Positions 54,458 through 64,000 of a DNA stretch of 64,000 bases are shown here, piece by piece. Origin of the DNA: an uncultured cyanobacterium (GTDB taxonomy: Bacteria; Cyanobacteriota; Cyanobacteriia; Pseudanabaenales; Pseudanabaenaceae); the NCBI GenBank assembly GCA_963703315.1, contig OY969811.1, positions 2,880,001 through 2,944,000 on the forward strand, in the 5' to 3' direction. Made by a program: the position numbers and the translations under genes. Under the pieces are notes generated by a model, which was given only the letters and a program-made list of their open reading frames with translations, ran no database searches and was not told where the DNA came from. Position 1 is the stretch's first letter, and every line of letters starts with the position of its first letter.

Positions 54458-56254
54458 TTAACTTTTAGCAGGAGGCAAAGACAACTTAACGTGTAGTTCT
54501 TTCAATTGCGAGTCATCGACACTGGATGGCGCATCGGTCAACAGGTCGCGTGCTTGCTGAGTTTTCGGGAAAGCAATCACATCACGGATCGAGTCTGCAC
54601 CAGCAATCAACATCACTAAGCGATCGAGTCCAAAGGCTAAACCGCCGTGAGGAGGAGTGCCATATTCAAAGGCTTCCATGAGGAATCCAAACTTCTCTTT
54701 TGCTTGCTCATCACTTAGCCCGATCGCCGCAAATACTTTCTCTTGAACTTCGCGCTTATGAATCCGAATACTACCACCGCCAATCTCTGTACCGTTAAGT
54801 ACAAGGTCATAGGCTAGTGCGATCGTATTCACATCAATAGGTTGACCATCGGCAATATCTTCAGGACGAGGCGATGTGAAGGGATGGTGCAGTGCTTCCA
54901 ATCTTTTCTCATCAGCATTCCACTCAAACATCGGGAAATCAGTGATCCAGACAAAATTGAGCTTGTCATGATCGATTAATCCTAACTCATGACCTAGAGC
55001 TAAACGTAAACGATAGAGAGATTCATTGACGATCGCCTTTTCACCAGCACCAAATAACAGGATTGTCCCTGCGGTTGCGCCTGTGCGTTCGAGCAATTCC
55101 TTCTTAACTTCATCGGTAAGGCTATCTTTAAGAGCGCCGATGGTATCGATTACGCCGCCTTCACGCACGCGGATAAAGGCTAAGCCCTTTGCGCCATACT
55201 GTGCAACGAGATTGGATAAGTCGCCACCGGGTTTGATGCGGGTATTGGAAATTGCTTCATCACCACCAATGACGGGTAGAACTTTGATAATGCCGCCATT
55301 GGCAACGGTGTTGGCAAAAACTTTAAAGCCCGAATTGGCAAACAAATCAGTGACATTGACCAATTCCATACCAAAGCGAGTATCAGGGCGATCGCAGCCA
55401 TAGCGATCCATTGACTCAGCGTATGTAAGTCGAGGGAAATCACCAAGTTCTACACCTTTAACAGTTTTGAAAATGTAGCGAATTAGGTTCTCATTTAGCT
55501 CAATAATTTCTTCCTGAGACATGAAACTCATTTCCATGTCCAGTTGCGTAAATTCAGGCTGGCGATCAGCCCGAAGGTCTTCATCACGGAAACATCGCGC
55601 AATCTGATAGTAGCGATCGCATCCGCCTACCATTAGCAATTGCTTAAACAACTGTGGAGACTGAGGCAATGCATACCATTGACCTGCATTAACTCGACTT
55701 GGCACAAGATAATCCCGCGCTCCTTCAGGAGTGGAACGGCAAAGGATCGGCGTTTCCACTTCCATAAAGCCATATTCATCTTCAAGGAAGCGACGAATCG
55801 ATTTGACCACCTCAAATCTGAGTTTGAGATTGCTGGCTAGGCGATCGCCACGCATATCGAGATAGCGATATTTCAGGCGCAATTCTTCTTTAATCGTGTC
55901 CGCTTCCGAAATTAGGAAGGGTAGCGGCTTGCTGACTGCATTCAATAATTCGATTGATTCTGCATAAATTTCTACTTCACCTGTAGCTAGTTTCGGATTG
56001 AGCGACTCGTCGGGACGCTTAGAAACTTTGCCGATAATCCTGACCACGTATTCATTTCGCATTTCCCCTGCGAGGTCATAGGACTCAGGAGTACGCTGGG
56101 GATCGCTGACGATTTGCAAGATTCCTGTGCGATCGCGCAAATCTAAAAAGATCACACCACCATGATCCCGTCTGCGATCGATCCAACCGCACAAGCTAAC
56201 TGTTTGTCCGATATGTTCGGCGTTGAGGTGACCGCAATAGTTGCTACGCATCAT
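54458..56254 (-). CDS. aspS: Aspartyl-tRNA synthetase (probably non-discriminating)
   Basis: [40 protein letters not shown]; His in RDHGG suggests the ND type. Confidence 0.97.
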   Translation of the reverse strand: MMRSNYCGHLNAEHIGQTVSLCGWIDRRRDHGGVIFLDLRDRTGILQIVSDPQRTPESYDLAGEMRNEYVVRIIGKVSKRPDESLNPKLATGEVEIYAESIELLNAVSKPLPFLISEADTIKEELRLKYRYLDMRGDRLASNLKLRFEVVKSIRRFLEDEYGFMEVETPILCRSTPEGARDYLVPSRVNAGQWYALPQSPQLFKQLLMVGGCDRYYQIARCFRDEDLRADRQPEFTQLDMEMSFMSQEEIIELNENLIRYIFKTVKGVELGDFPRLTYAESMDRYGCDRPDTRFGMELVNVTDLFANSGFKVFANTVANGGIIKVLPVIGGDEAISNTRIKPGGDLSNLVAQYGAKGLAFIRVREGGVIDTIGALKDSLTDEVKKELLERTGATAGTILLFGAGEKAIVNESLYRLRLALGHELGLIDHDKLNFVWITDFPMFEWNADEKRLEALHHPFTSPRPEDIADGQPIDVNTIALAYDLVLNGTEIGGGSIRIHKREVQEKVFAAIGLSDEQAKEKFGFLMEAFEYGTPPHGGLAFGLDRLVMLIAGADSIRDVIAFPKTQQARDLLTDAPSSVDDSQLKELHVKLSLPPAKS

Positions 56255-56376
56255 GATGTTATTGGCGAAACTTTAGATAAAAAAGTGAAAATTGTAATTT
56301 TGACCATTTACTATCATAACTTGTAAAGGATTCAAAACTTAAAAAACTAAAGATAGACAGCAATTCTCAATTATGG

Positions 56377-59300
56377 CTACTTGGCAAGCTGCATTGTGTC
56401 TAGCCACTCAATTAAATGATCGAGTTGTTTATCATGGGATAACGTGCCTAAACCTCTCACAGTGACATTGCCTTTGCTAAATACAAAGCGCGATCGCAAA
56501 TGACTCGGTAAATGCTCATGGAGTAATTTCCATGCTGGTTCTTCCATCTTTGACTCTAGGACAACGTGTTGCTTACCATCAGGCTTAATCCGTGAGAAGC
56601 CAATTCGCTTAGCAATTAACTTCAATTCCATGACTTTGATTAATTGCATGGCAGGGGCAGGAACCTTTCCATAACAATCATTCCATTCTTCAATAATTTG
56701 GGTAAGCTCACGGCGCGAATTGACAGAAGCTACGGCTCGGTAGGCGCTCATCTTGCGGTCGCCATCAGGAATATACTCCGCAGGTATAAAAGCAGTAATC
56801 GGTAAATCCACCTGTGTATCATCGACTTCAGGGATTTCCGAACCACGTATTTCGGCGATCGCCTCTTGCAGCATTTCCATATAGAGATCAAAGCCAATCG
56901 TGTTAATCTGTCCAGACTGTTCTGCACCAAGCAAATTGCCGACACCTCTGATTTCCATATCGCGCATTGCTAATTGATAGCCTGAACCGAGATGCGTAAA
57001 TTCTTGAATTGCTTTCAGTCGTTTACGAGCGACATCGGTGAGTTCACCTTTCTCTTGATAAAACAGCCATGCATGGGCTTGGATGCCAGCACGACCGACC
57101 CGACCTCGCAATTGATAAAGTTGTGCTAGTCCAAATCTTTGAGCATCTTCGATAATGATCGTATTCACACGAGGAATATCCAACCCAGATTCGATAATCG
57201 TAGTACAGATCATCATGTCTGCTTCACCACTATTGAAACTGAGCATGGTTGCTTCGAGTTCCGCTTCGGGCATCTGTCCATGCGCGATCGCCATGCGTAC
57301 CGATGGCAACATTTCATGAACTCTTGCCGACACCTCCTCAATATCATCAATGCGCGACACCACATAAAAAATCTGCCCACCGCGATCGAGTTCTTGACGG
57401 ATGGCTGCCCTTACCAATTCAAGGTTATAGCGAGAGAGATGGGTCATGATCGATCGCCTTGAGGGTGGTGGCGTAGTAATCAGACTCATTTCCCGCACGC
57501 CCGACATCGCCATATACAAAGTGCGCGGAATCGGTGTTGCGGAAAGGGTGAGAACATCTACTTCTGTTTTGAGAGTTTTGATTTTCTCTTTCTGAGCCAC
57601 ACCAAAGCGTTGTTCTTCATCAATTACCAATAGCCCTAAATCCTTAAATTCCACTTCTTTGGATAGAAGCTGATGCGTACCGACCACAATATCTAATTCA
57701 CCCGTTTTTAATTTTTTGAAGATTTCCTTCTTTTCAGAAGTAGTGCGGAAACGGTTAAGCAGTGCAATATTCACAGGATAGGCTGCATAGCGTTCTTGCA
57801 AACTATGATAATGCTGTTGCGCCAGAATCGTTGTGGGGACTAGTAGCGCTGCTTGTTTGCCAGAGGTGACTGCTTTAAAAATGGTACGAATCGCTACTTC
57901 CGTTTTACCAAAACCAACATCGCCACAAACAAGACGATCCATTGGACGGGAACTTTCCATATCCTGCTTCACGTCCTGTGTTGCCTTGAGTTGATCAGGT
58001 GTGGCTTGATAGGGAAAGGAATCTTCCATTTCCTGCTGCCAAGGATTATCAGGAGGGAAAGAATATCCCACTTGTTGCGATCGCTTGGCATAAAGTTCTA
58101 ACAAATCAAAGGCAATCTTCTTAATCGCTTTCTTGGCTTTGCTGGTAGTGTTTGTCCAAGCCTTGCTTGCCATTTTATGCAGTTCGGGCTTGCCTTCATT
58201 CATGCCCCGATAGCGCGATAGAGTGGACATTTGATCGACAACTACTCGTAACAATCCATCGGCATATTTGAGAACTAAATATTCGCGAGTTTCCTTATTA
58301 ACCGTCAACTTCTCTAATTTAATAAACTGACCCACACCATGATTTTTATGTACAACGTAATCACCTGCGGATAATTTATTCAGATCAACCTGTTTGGAGA
58401 CGGCTCGGCGGCGTTTACGCACATAGTTGGGAGTTCCCAAGGCGTGCTGTCCAAAAAACTCGCGATCGCTAATTACAGCAATCCGATAGGTGGGCAGTAC
58501 AAAACCTTGGATCTCGGCAATGCCTGAATATTTCAAAGCTACGGCAATCCGTAAATTATGGGTTTTCTCGATCGCAGGATAATCACGGACATTGGGAATA
58601 AACTGCGCCTGACAATCATGTTCTTGGAGCAGCGCAACCGTGCGCGAAGGCTGGGCGGAGATGAGAATGATTTTGTACTTCTGTTCGCGATAGTCGCGAA
58701 TTGTCTGAGCTAGCTTCCCGAACTGGTGCGGAATCGCAGGAACAGAACGACTAGCCATATTCAACCCACGATTTTCTTCGGCTAGTTCCGATAGATCAAG
58801 GCGATCAAATTTATTAATTTGTTCTAGACATTCCGTAAAGGAGCGATGGAGTTTGCCCTCACCCCCAGCCCCTCTCCCATTGAGGGAGAGGGGAGCAATT
58901 TCTACAGAGGATTCATACCAGCGATCGCAATGGGCTTGACATTGATCGATTTCATCAATGACGACTAAACAATTTTCTGGACTTGGTAAATAATCTAATA
59001 AAGAAGCGGTGGAGTTGGGATGAACCGCAAAACCTTGAGGTGTAAACTCATCCTCTAGCTCGTCATTGGTTGATGTGGAATCTCCTAATATATGACCGTA
59101 GCTAGTGGGAGTCAGTAAGATAGAGGGAATACTATCCAGTGGTCTTTGGGTGGCGGGTTCAAACTCACGAATCCGTTCGATTTCATCGCCAAACCAGTCA
59201 ATCCGCACAGGCATTTCACTAGAAACTGGGAAAATATCAATAATATCGCCACGTCTTCCCCATTGCCCCTCAGTTTCCACGGTTGAGGTATGGCTATAGC

Positions 59301-59802
59301 CCATTAGGGTTAAGTTTTCCGCCATATCTTGCAGTTTAATCTCAGAACCAACTTCCAAAGATAGGCAATATTCTTTAAAGGCTTCAGGACTGGGTAAATG
59401 CGGCTGAAGGGCGCGATCTGTCGCCACGATCGCTACTTTTTTCTTGTCTCCCTCGCGCTCATGCCAATTCACCAAATCCGCTAACACCTGCATCTGTCCC
59501 CAAATGATCTCTGATTCAGGCTGATAAGGCTCGTAGGGCAAGGCATCGGAATTGGGGTAAAAATGCACAGTCTGCCAACCCATCGTTTCCAATTGCACAG
59601 ACCAACGCCCTGCCTCCTCAATCGTGGCGGCAATCACTAACATCAGCCGTTCTTGCTTTTGACTCAAGGTGGAGCTAACGAGTCCTTTGCCCACCCGCGA
59701 TAAACCTGAAAGACTGAGTTGATGCGATCGCACCAATTTACTCTCTAGTTCATCAGTGAGAGGCGATCGGATTAATGAACGAATTACAGAGGAAAATGGC
59801 AT
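56377..59802 (-). CDS. mfd: Transcription-repair coupling factor
   Basis: [39 protein letters not shown]-terminus. Confidence 0.98.
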   Translation of the reverse strand: MPFSSVIRSLIRSPLTDELESKLVRSHQLSLSGLSRVGKGLVSSTLSQKQERLMLVIAATIEEAGRWSVQLETMGWQTVHFYPNSDALPYEPYQPESEIIWGQMQVLADLVNWHEREGDKKKVAIVATDRALQPHLPSPEAFKEYCLSLEVGSEIKLQDMAENLTLMGYSHTSTVETEGQWGRRGDIIDIFPVSSEMPVRIDWFGDEIERIREFEPATQRPLDSIPSILLTPTSYGHILGDSTSTNDELEDEFTPQGFAVHPNSTASLLDYLPSPENCLVVIDEIDQCQAHCDRWYESSVEIAPLSLNGRGAGGEGKLHRSFTECLEQINKFDRLDLSELAEENRGLNMASRSVPAIPHQFGKLAQTIRDYREQKYKIILISAQPSRTVALLQEHDCQAQFIPNVRDYPAIEKTHNLRIAVALKYSGIAEIQGFVLPTYRIAVISDREFFGQHALGTPNYVRKRRRAVSKQVDLNKLSAGDYVVHKNHGVGQFIKLEKLTVNKETREYLVLKYADGLLRVVVDQMSTLSRYRGMNEGKPELHKMASKAWTNTTSKAKKAIKKIAFDLLELYAKRSQQVGYSFPPDNPWQQEMEDSFPYQATPDQLKATQDVKQDMESSRPMDRLVCGDVGFGKTEVAIRTIFKAVTSGKQAALLVPTTILAQQHYHSLQERYAAYPVNIALLNRFRTTSEKKEIFKKLKTGELDIVVGTHQLLSKEVEFKDLGLLVIDEEQRFGVAQKEKIKTLKTEVDVLTLSATPIPRTLYMAMSGVREMSLITTPPPSRRSIMTHLSRYNLELVRAAIRQELDRGGQIFYVVSRIDDIEEVSARVHEMLPSVRMAIAHGQMPEAELEATMLSFNSGEADMMICTTIIESGLDIPRVNTIIIEDAQRFGLAQLYQLRGRVGRAGIQAHAWLFYQEKGELTDVARKRLKAIQEFTHLGSGYQLAMRDMEIRGVGNLLGAEQSGQINTIGFDLYMEMLQEAIAEIRGSEIPEVDDTQVDLPITAFIPAEYIPDGDRKMSAYRAVASVNSRRELTQIIEEWNDCYGKVPAPAMQLIKVMELKLIAKRIGFSRIKPDGKQHVVLESKMEEPAWKLLHEHLPSHLRSRFVFSKGNVTVRGLGTLSHDKQLDHLIEWLDTMQLAK
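58856..58896. repeat. Small dispersed repeat embedded in frame in mfd
   Basis: ccctcacccccagcccctctccc-attga-gggagaggggagc, read as [14 protein letters not shown] on the minus strand. Confidence 0.8.
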
Positions 59803-59878
59803 GGTCTATCTAGAATAGGTAATACTAAAATTCAGGGTTTGGCTCATCGGCACATAAGTAAAGTTGTTGAAATTAAAC

Positions 59879-59953
59879 GTAGGATGGGTTAGCGATCGCG
59901 TAACCCATCATTGAGACACACTTGATGCGTTACGTTGCACTAACGCATCCTAC
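59879..59953. repeat. REP-like inverted doublet (GTAG...CTAC)
   Basis: gtaggatgggttagcgatcgcgtaacccatc ... gatgcgttacgttgcactaacgcatcctac. Confidence 0.75.
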
Positions 59954-60110
59954 ATTTAATTAAGCTTTCCCACTTAGTAACGCTTATGCTAACCGCTAAG
60001 GGACTCGTAATAGATTTTTGTGGCGCGGCAAAGCCGCGCCACAAAAATCTCTAGTTCTTTATTTACCACGCTAACAAAATTTGCAGCGATTTTTGGGAGA
60101 TAAGTTTTTA

Positions 60111-61466
60111 ATGATCAGACACTTAGAAGAACAAAATCTAGAATATGCGTTTTATCAGCTAGCCGATCGCCTGATTGAGCGTCTCCACCATGACGAACAT
60201 CTCACGATTAATTTAGATAGTGAGCGCAGCCAATTCACGAGATTTAATCATGCTAAGGTTCGACAATCAGGGGTTGTCGCTGATGGAAATGTGACAATTT
60301 CGCTGATTTTTAATCAACGCGAAGCCTATGCCGAATTTCCCTTTACGGGCGATCTCAGTACCGATATCGCGATCGCCATCACCAGCCTCGATTATCTTAG
60401 GCAAGAAGTCGCCCAAATTCCTGAAAATCCTTATCTGGTCTTACCTGAAAATCAAGGCTCCAGTCGGGAAGTTTATCAAGGCAAGTTGTTAGCACCAGAA
60501 GAGGCGATCGCCACAATTCTCGCACCTGTAGCAAACATTGACTTTACAGGCTTTTATGCATCAGGTTCGATCATTCGTGCCAATGCCAACTCCGCAGGTC
60601 AGAGACATTGGTTTGCGACCGATTCTTTCTTTGTCGATTATTCGATGTTTGTCCAGACTAATTCTGGAGAAAAAGCTGTCAAAGGTATTTACGCTGGTAC
60701 AGAATGGCAACCAGAGTCTTACAAGTTAAAGATTGCGCGATCGCAAGAGCAACTCGTAGCTTTACAAAGACCTAGCAAAACTCTAGAACGTGGGCAGTAC
60801 CACACCTATTTTGCCCCCGATGCTGCTGCCTATTTATTGAGCTTCCTCACTTGGAGCGTAGGGGAGGCGAGTTTACAGCAGGGTAGTAGCGCCCTTTTGA
60901 AATTAAAAAATCAGGAACGCACCCTCTCACCCTTGCTATCCCTCAACGAAAACTTCACCTACGGCAATGTGCCACGTTTTAATAGCTTAGGGGAAGTAGC
61001 ACCTGAACATTTAGCGATTATTAGCAATGGCAAGCTAGTAAATACGCTCGTCAGTTCTCGCAGTGCTAAGGAATATGGCAAAACTGCCAATGGTGCAGGT
61101 AGTGGTGAATCAATGCGATCGCCTGAAATTGCCGCAGGAAATTTAACGGGCGCAAATATTCTTAACCAGTTAGATACGGGGCTATATCTGTCAAATCTGC
61201 ATTATCTGAACTGGAGCGATCGCGCTGGCGGCAGAATCACAGGCATGACTCGCTATGCTTGTTTCTGGGTCGAAAATGGCGAATTAATTGCCCCCATTGA
61301 AAATCTGCGTTTTGACGATAGTATTTACGATTTCTTAGGCGACAATCTTGAAGAATTGACAGCATTTCGGGAATTTATTCCTGATACGGGAACCTATGAA
61401 AAGCGATCGCTAGGCGGTATTCTCTCCCCTGGAATGCTAATTAAAGACTTTACATTTACGCTGTAA
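60111..61466 (+). CDS. TldD/PmbA family protein (TldE-like, no HExxH)
   Basis: TRFNHAKVRQ, GLYLSNLHY, TGMTR, WVENGELIAPIENLRF; ATG 60111 with GGGAG. Confidence 0.88.
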   Translation: MIRHLEEQNLEYAFYQLADRLIERLHHDEHLTINLDSERSQFTRFNHAKVRQSGVVADGNVTISLIFNQREAYAEFPFTGDLSTDIAIAITSLDYLRQEVAQIPENPYLVLPENQGSSREVYQGKLLAPEEAIATILAPVANIDFTGFYASGSIIRANANSAGQRHWFATDSFFVDYSMFVQTNSGEKAVKGIYAGTEWQPESYKLKIARSQEQLVALQRPSKTLERGQYHTYFAPDAAAYLLSFLTWSVGEASLQQGSSALLKLKNQERTLSPLLSLNENFTYGNVPRFNSLGEVAPEHLAIISNGKLVNTLVSSRSAKEYGKTANGAGSGESMRSPEIAAGNLTGANILNQLDTGLYLSNLHYLNWSDRAGGRITGMTRYACFWVENGELIAPIENLRFDDSIYDFLGDNLEELTAFREFIPDTGTYEKRSLGGILSPGMLIKDFTFTL

Positions 61467-61567
61467 ATATCATGCTTTAGAATTATGCTTTAGATAAATT
61501 GAGAACAATCTATCTTTTCTAATCTTCCTAAAAAAAATATTGCCTAAAAATCAATATTTATTAACCT

Positions 61568-61583
61568 TGTATACAATGCTACA
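61568..61583. promoter_or_regulatory. Possible NtcA site
   Basis: TGTA-TACAATGC-TACA in the AT-rich region upstream of the small ORF. Confidence 0.35.
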
Positions 61584-61943
61584 TAGCTAGGTTATTAGTA
61601 TTGATAGATACACTTACTATTTACTTGTGTATAAGGTTTTATGCTTTATCTCGGACATTATTCACTAGTCCAATCTTGAGATTATTAAAAAAAAGTAAAA
61701 TAGACTAGGGATAGCTGATTATGCAAAACTATGCCTAGTCTTTAAGTGCTAAAACATTTACCTAGAGAGCTTTTACAGCTTTATATCATCAGTTTATTCA
61801 GTTAGCTATATCCAATAATTTTAAGCTTTTAACATTATCTGCGACATTTGGCGGTAGAAAAAAGTTATCTAATAGTTATATAAAGTAATTATTTTTCAAA
61901 AAATCGGGTAAGCTGTTAAGGTAGCTTAAGAGCCAGAATTTCT

Positions 61944-62183
61944 ATGTTGTTAACTTCCTACAAAAATATTCTGCCAGCTTCAATTGCCTTAATCGGGGGG
62001 GTAATGTTGACTGTTGGTTTTCCACAGCTATTGCTAGAAAATAATCACGTAGGATACACACCATCTCGTCCTCAACCTAAGACGACGCAAGGTGGAGGAT
62101 CTCGTTTAATAGATATTAATCGTGAATTAGTATCTTCTCGTTCACTAGCTCCTCAAGCTAGTACTGCAAAAACATTAGCTTAA
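61944..62183 (+). CDS. Small predicted-secreted protein with a Pro-rich GGGSR motif
   Basis: Hydrophobic N-terminal segment, then YTPSRPQPKTTQGGGSR; followed by a terminator-like hairpin at 62228-62280. Confidence 0.7.
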   Translation: MLLTSYKNILPASIALIGGVMLTVGFPQLLLENNHVGYTPSRPQPKTTQGGGSRLIDINRELVSSRSLAPQASTAKTLA

Positions 62184-62282
62184 AGTAACGTTTAGCATGA
62201 TCATAGGCACGAAGTTTCAGGCAAATTACACCAAAAAAATAGAGAGAGATTCTAAGAATCTCTCTCTATTTTTTTGGTGTTA

Positions 62283-62397
62283 TATAGCGAGTTACAGGAG
62301 ATTGTTTCCCCGCCGAAGGCGGGGAAACAATCCCGTACTTCATGCACCTAAAAAGCGAGTTGCGGCGCTTCGCGCCGCAACTCGCTTTTTAGGTGCA
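62283..62397. repeat. Two abutting MITE-derived hairpins
   Basis: gattgtttccccgcc-gaa-ggcggggaaacaatc (relative of the 43625 element, reversed) and tgcacctaaaaagcgagttgcggcgc-ttc-gcgccgcaactcgctttttaggtgca. Confidence 0.75.
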
Positions 62398-62499
62398 GCT
62401 TACGACAAAGCGCTTGCATACATTTAAGCAGGAATTTGATAGGATAAAGTCATTTCAAAATGTGGGTCTTAGGGCGGCAATTCTAACTAAAATCTTTAA

Positions 62500-64000
62500 A
62501 TGATTGCTATCAAAACACTTAAGTCCAATTGGGAAAAATTACCTCGTAGAATTCAACAATGGGGCGGCTTTTTTCTGTCTAGTGGCAGTATCTACTTATT
62601 AGTATTTGGGCTGCGTTGGTTAGGTTGGTTACAGCCGATGGAATGGGCGGCTTTTGACCTATTTATTCAGCTTCGACCTGAAGAGCCTGTTGATCAACGA
62701 GTGATCATTGTTGGTGTCAAAGAGTCAGACATTCGTTATTTGGGTAGGTGGCCCGTATCTGACCGCATTCTTGCCAAAGTTTTGCTTAAAATTCGTGACC
62801 AACAACCGAAAGTGATTGGGCTGGACTTATATCGAGATATTCCCGTTGATGATGGCTACAAAGAATTAGAGCAGGTATTTAAAACTACACCTAATCTCAT
62901 TGGTATCGAAAAAAGTATTGGCGATCGCTTTGATAGTGTGATTGCACCACCGCCTGCTTTAAAAGTACTGGGACAGGTATCTGCAAATGATGTAATTATT
63001 GATCCTGATGGCAGATTGCGACGGGCTTTACTCTATCCATTGCCTGAAGGTAATGAGGGTTTAGCAAGTCTTGGCTTGGAAATAGCCCTAAGATATCTCA
63101 AAGATAAGGGCATAGAACCGAAATCTTCAGCTTCTGGCAATTTACAGCTTGGCAATACCATTTTTAAGCCGATCGAAAGTACTGATGGCGGCTATATTAA
63201 CGCGGATGCAGGGGGATATCAAATCTTGATGAACTATCACGGTTCTTCAGACAAGTTTCGGCATATTTCCCTTGAAGATCTACTAGAGAATCGCATTGAT
63301 CCCAATTTAATGCGCGATCGCATTGTGTTAATTGGCGTTCAGGCAGTTAGTCTTAATGATGTTTTTTACACACCCTACAGTAGTAATTTCATCACTTCCC
63401 CAACGCGAATGTCGGGAGTTGAGGTGCAAGCAAATATCATTAAATCAGTCTTAGGGGCAGTTCTTGATAATCGACCACTTTTCAAAGTCTGGACAGATCT
63501 ATGGGAAGAGATCTGGATTGCTTGCTGGGCGATCGCTGGGGCGGCAATTATTAGCATATTTGCGACTAGACGCTTAATTTTGATTGGCGTGATTATTGGT
63601 GGAGCAATTCTCCTGAGCGGTAGTACTTATGCTCTCTTTCTAGGAGGATGGTGGATACCCTTAGCACCCTGTTTAGTGACTTATATCGGCTCAATCTTGG
63701 TAATGCAGAGCTATACCTATGTCTCACAACTACGCGAATTAAACTCAGCGCTTTCAGATTCGGTGGAAATGCTAGCCCATGATGCTTCCCATGATGCCTT
63801 GACAGGTTTACCAAATCGCAATCTCTTTATGGATCGCGTAGAACACGCAATTAAATATAGTAAACGTCATCCTAGTTATCTATTTGCGATCTTTTTTATT
63901 GACTTAGATCGCTTCAAGATGATTAATGACAGTCTGGGACATCATATTGGTGACTTGTTCTTACAGGCGATCGCGCAGGTTTTACAGGATTGTTTACGTT
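62500..64000 (+). CDS. CHASE2-sensor GGDEF-domain protein, 3' truncated by the window (absent from the ORF track)
   Basis: ATG 62500; LQPMEWAAFDLFIQLRP, WPVSDRILA, IGLDLYRD, DPDGRLRR, MSGVEVQA, three TM segments, then HDALTGLPNR...FIDLDRFKMINDSLGH. Confidence 0.93.
   Translation, partial: MIAIKTLKSNWEKLPRRIQQWGGFFLSSGSIYLLVFGLRWLGWLQPMEWAAFDLFIQLRPEEPVDQRVIIVGVKESDIRYLGRWPVSDRILAKVLLKIRDQQPKVIGLDLYRDIPVDDGYKELEQVFKTTPNLIGIEKSIGDRFDSVIAPPPALKVLGQVSANDVIIDPDGRLRRALLYPLPEGNEGLASLGLEIALRYLKDKGIEPKSSASGNLQLGNTIFKPIESTDGGYINADAGGYQILMNYHGSSDKFRHISLEDLLENRIDPNLMRDRIVLIGVQAVSLNDVFYTPYSSNFITSPTRMSGVEVQANIIKSVLGAVLDNRPLFKVWTDLWEEIWIACWAIAGAAIISIFATRRLILIGVIIGGAILLSGSTYALFLGGWWIPLAPCLVTYIGSILVMQSYTYVSQLRELNSALSDSVEMLAHDASHDALTGLPNRNLFMDRVEHAIKYSKRHPSYLFAIFFIDLDRFKMINDSLGHHIGDLFLQAIAQVLQDCLR

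Noticed and set aside
62055..62105. Calling the small ORF patS or patX
   Set aside because: Lacks the RG(S/T)GR pentapeptide that binds HetR
62197..62427. 76-aa ORF
   Set aside because: Made almost entirely of three repeat hairpins

Overview
Cyanobacterial chromosomal segment. Evidence: the HIP1 octamer GCGATCGC is very frequent, and the window carries phycobilisome genes, a split DnaE intein, and K-box plus CIRCE at groESL. The gene style suggests a Pseudanabaena-like filamentous strain, which is an inference. Most of the window is housekeeping: pstSC(A), cpcG, a CpcS-type lyase, potBC, an RsbW/STAS pair, dnaE-c, groESL, ligA, zur, ilvB, petH, sphS, FKBP, tRNA-Phe, recR, PP2C, ABC1 kinase, tRNA-Pro, gshB, minCDE, clpC, aspS, mfd and a TldD/PmbA gene. 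The accessory parts are more interesting. (1) A TPR-membrane protein / DUF928 / secreted TPR-CHAT protease cluster at 19.4-25.2 kb, interrupted by a decayed vapBC pair and showing a sharp strand-skew flip across its repeat array. (2) A small predicted-secreted protein with a YTPSRPQPKTTQGGGSR motif directly upstream of a CHASE2-GGDEF receptor; together with (1) this is the best candidate for an undescribed peptide/protease signalling system. (3) A toxin-50-like nuclease plus putative immunity pair. (4) An unannotated 31-aa Lys-rich microprotein. (5) A dense layer of small DNA elements: TA-flanked MITEs (nested and tandem), long perfect hairpins whose arms mirror the adjacent gene ends, REP-like dyads, and a repeat inserted in frame in mfd. 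All family calls come from motif recognition by eye; no database search was run.
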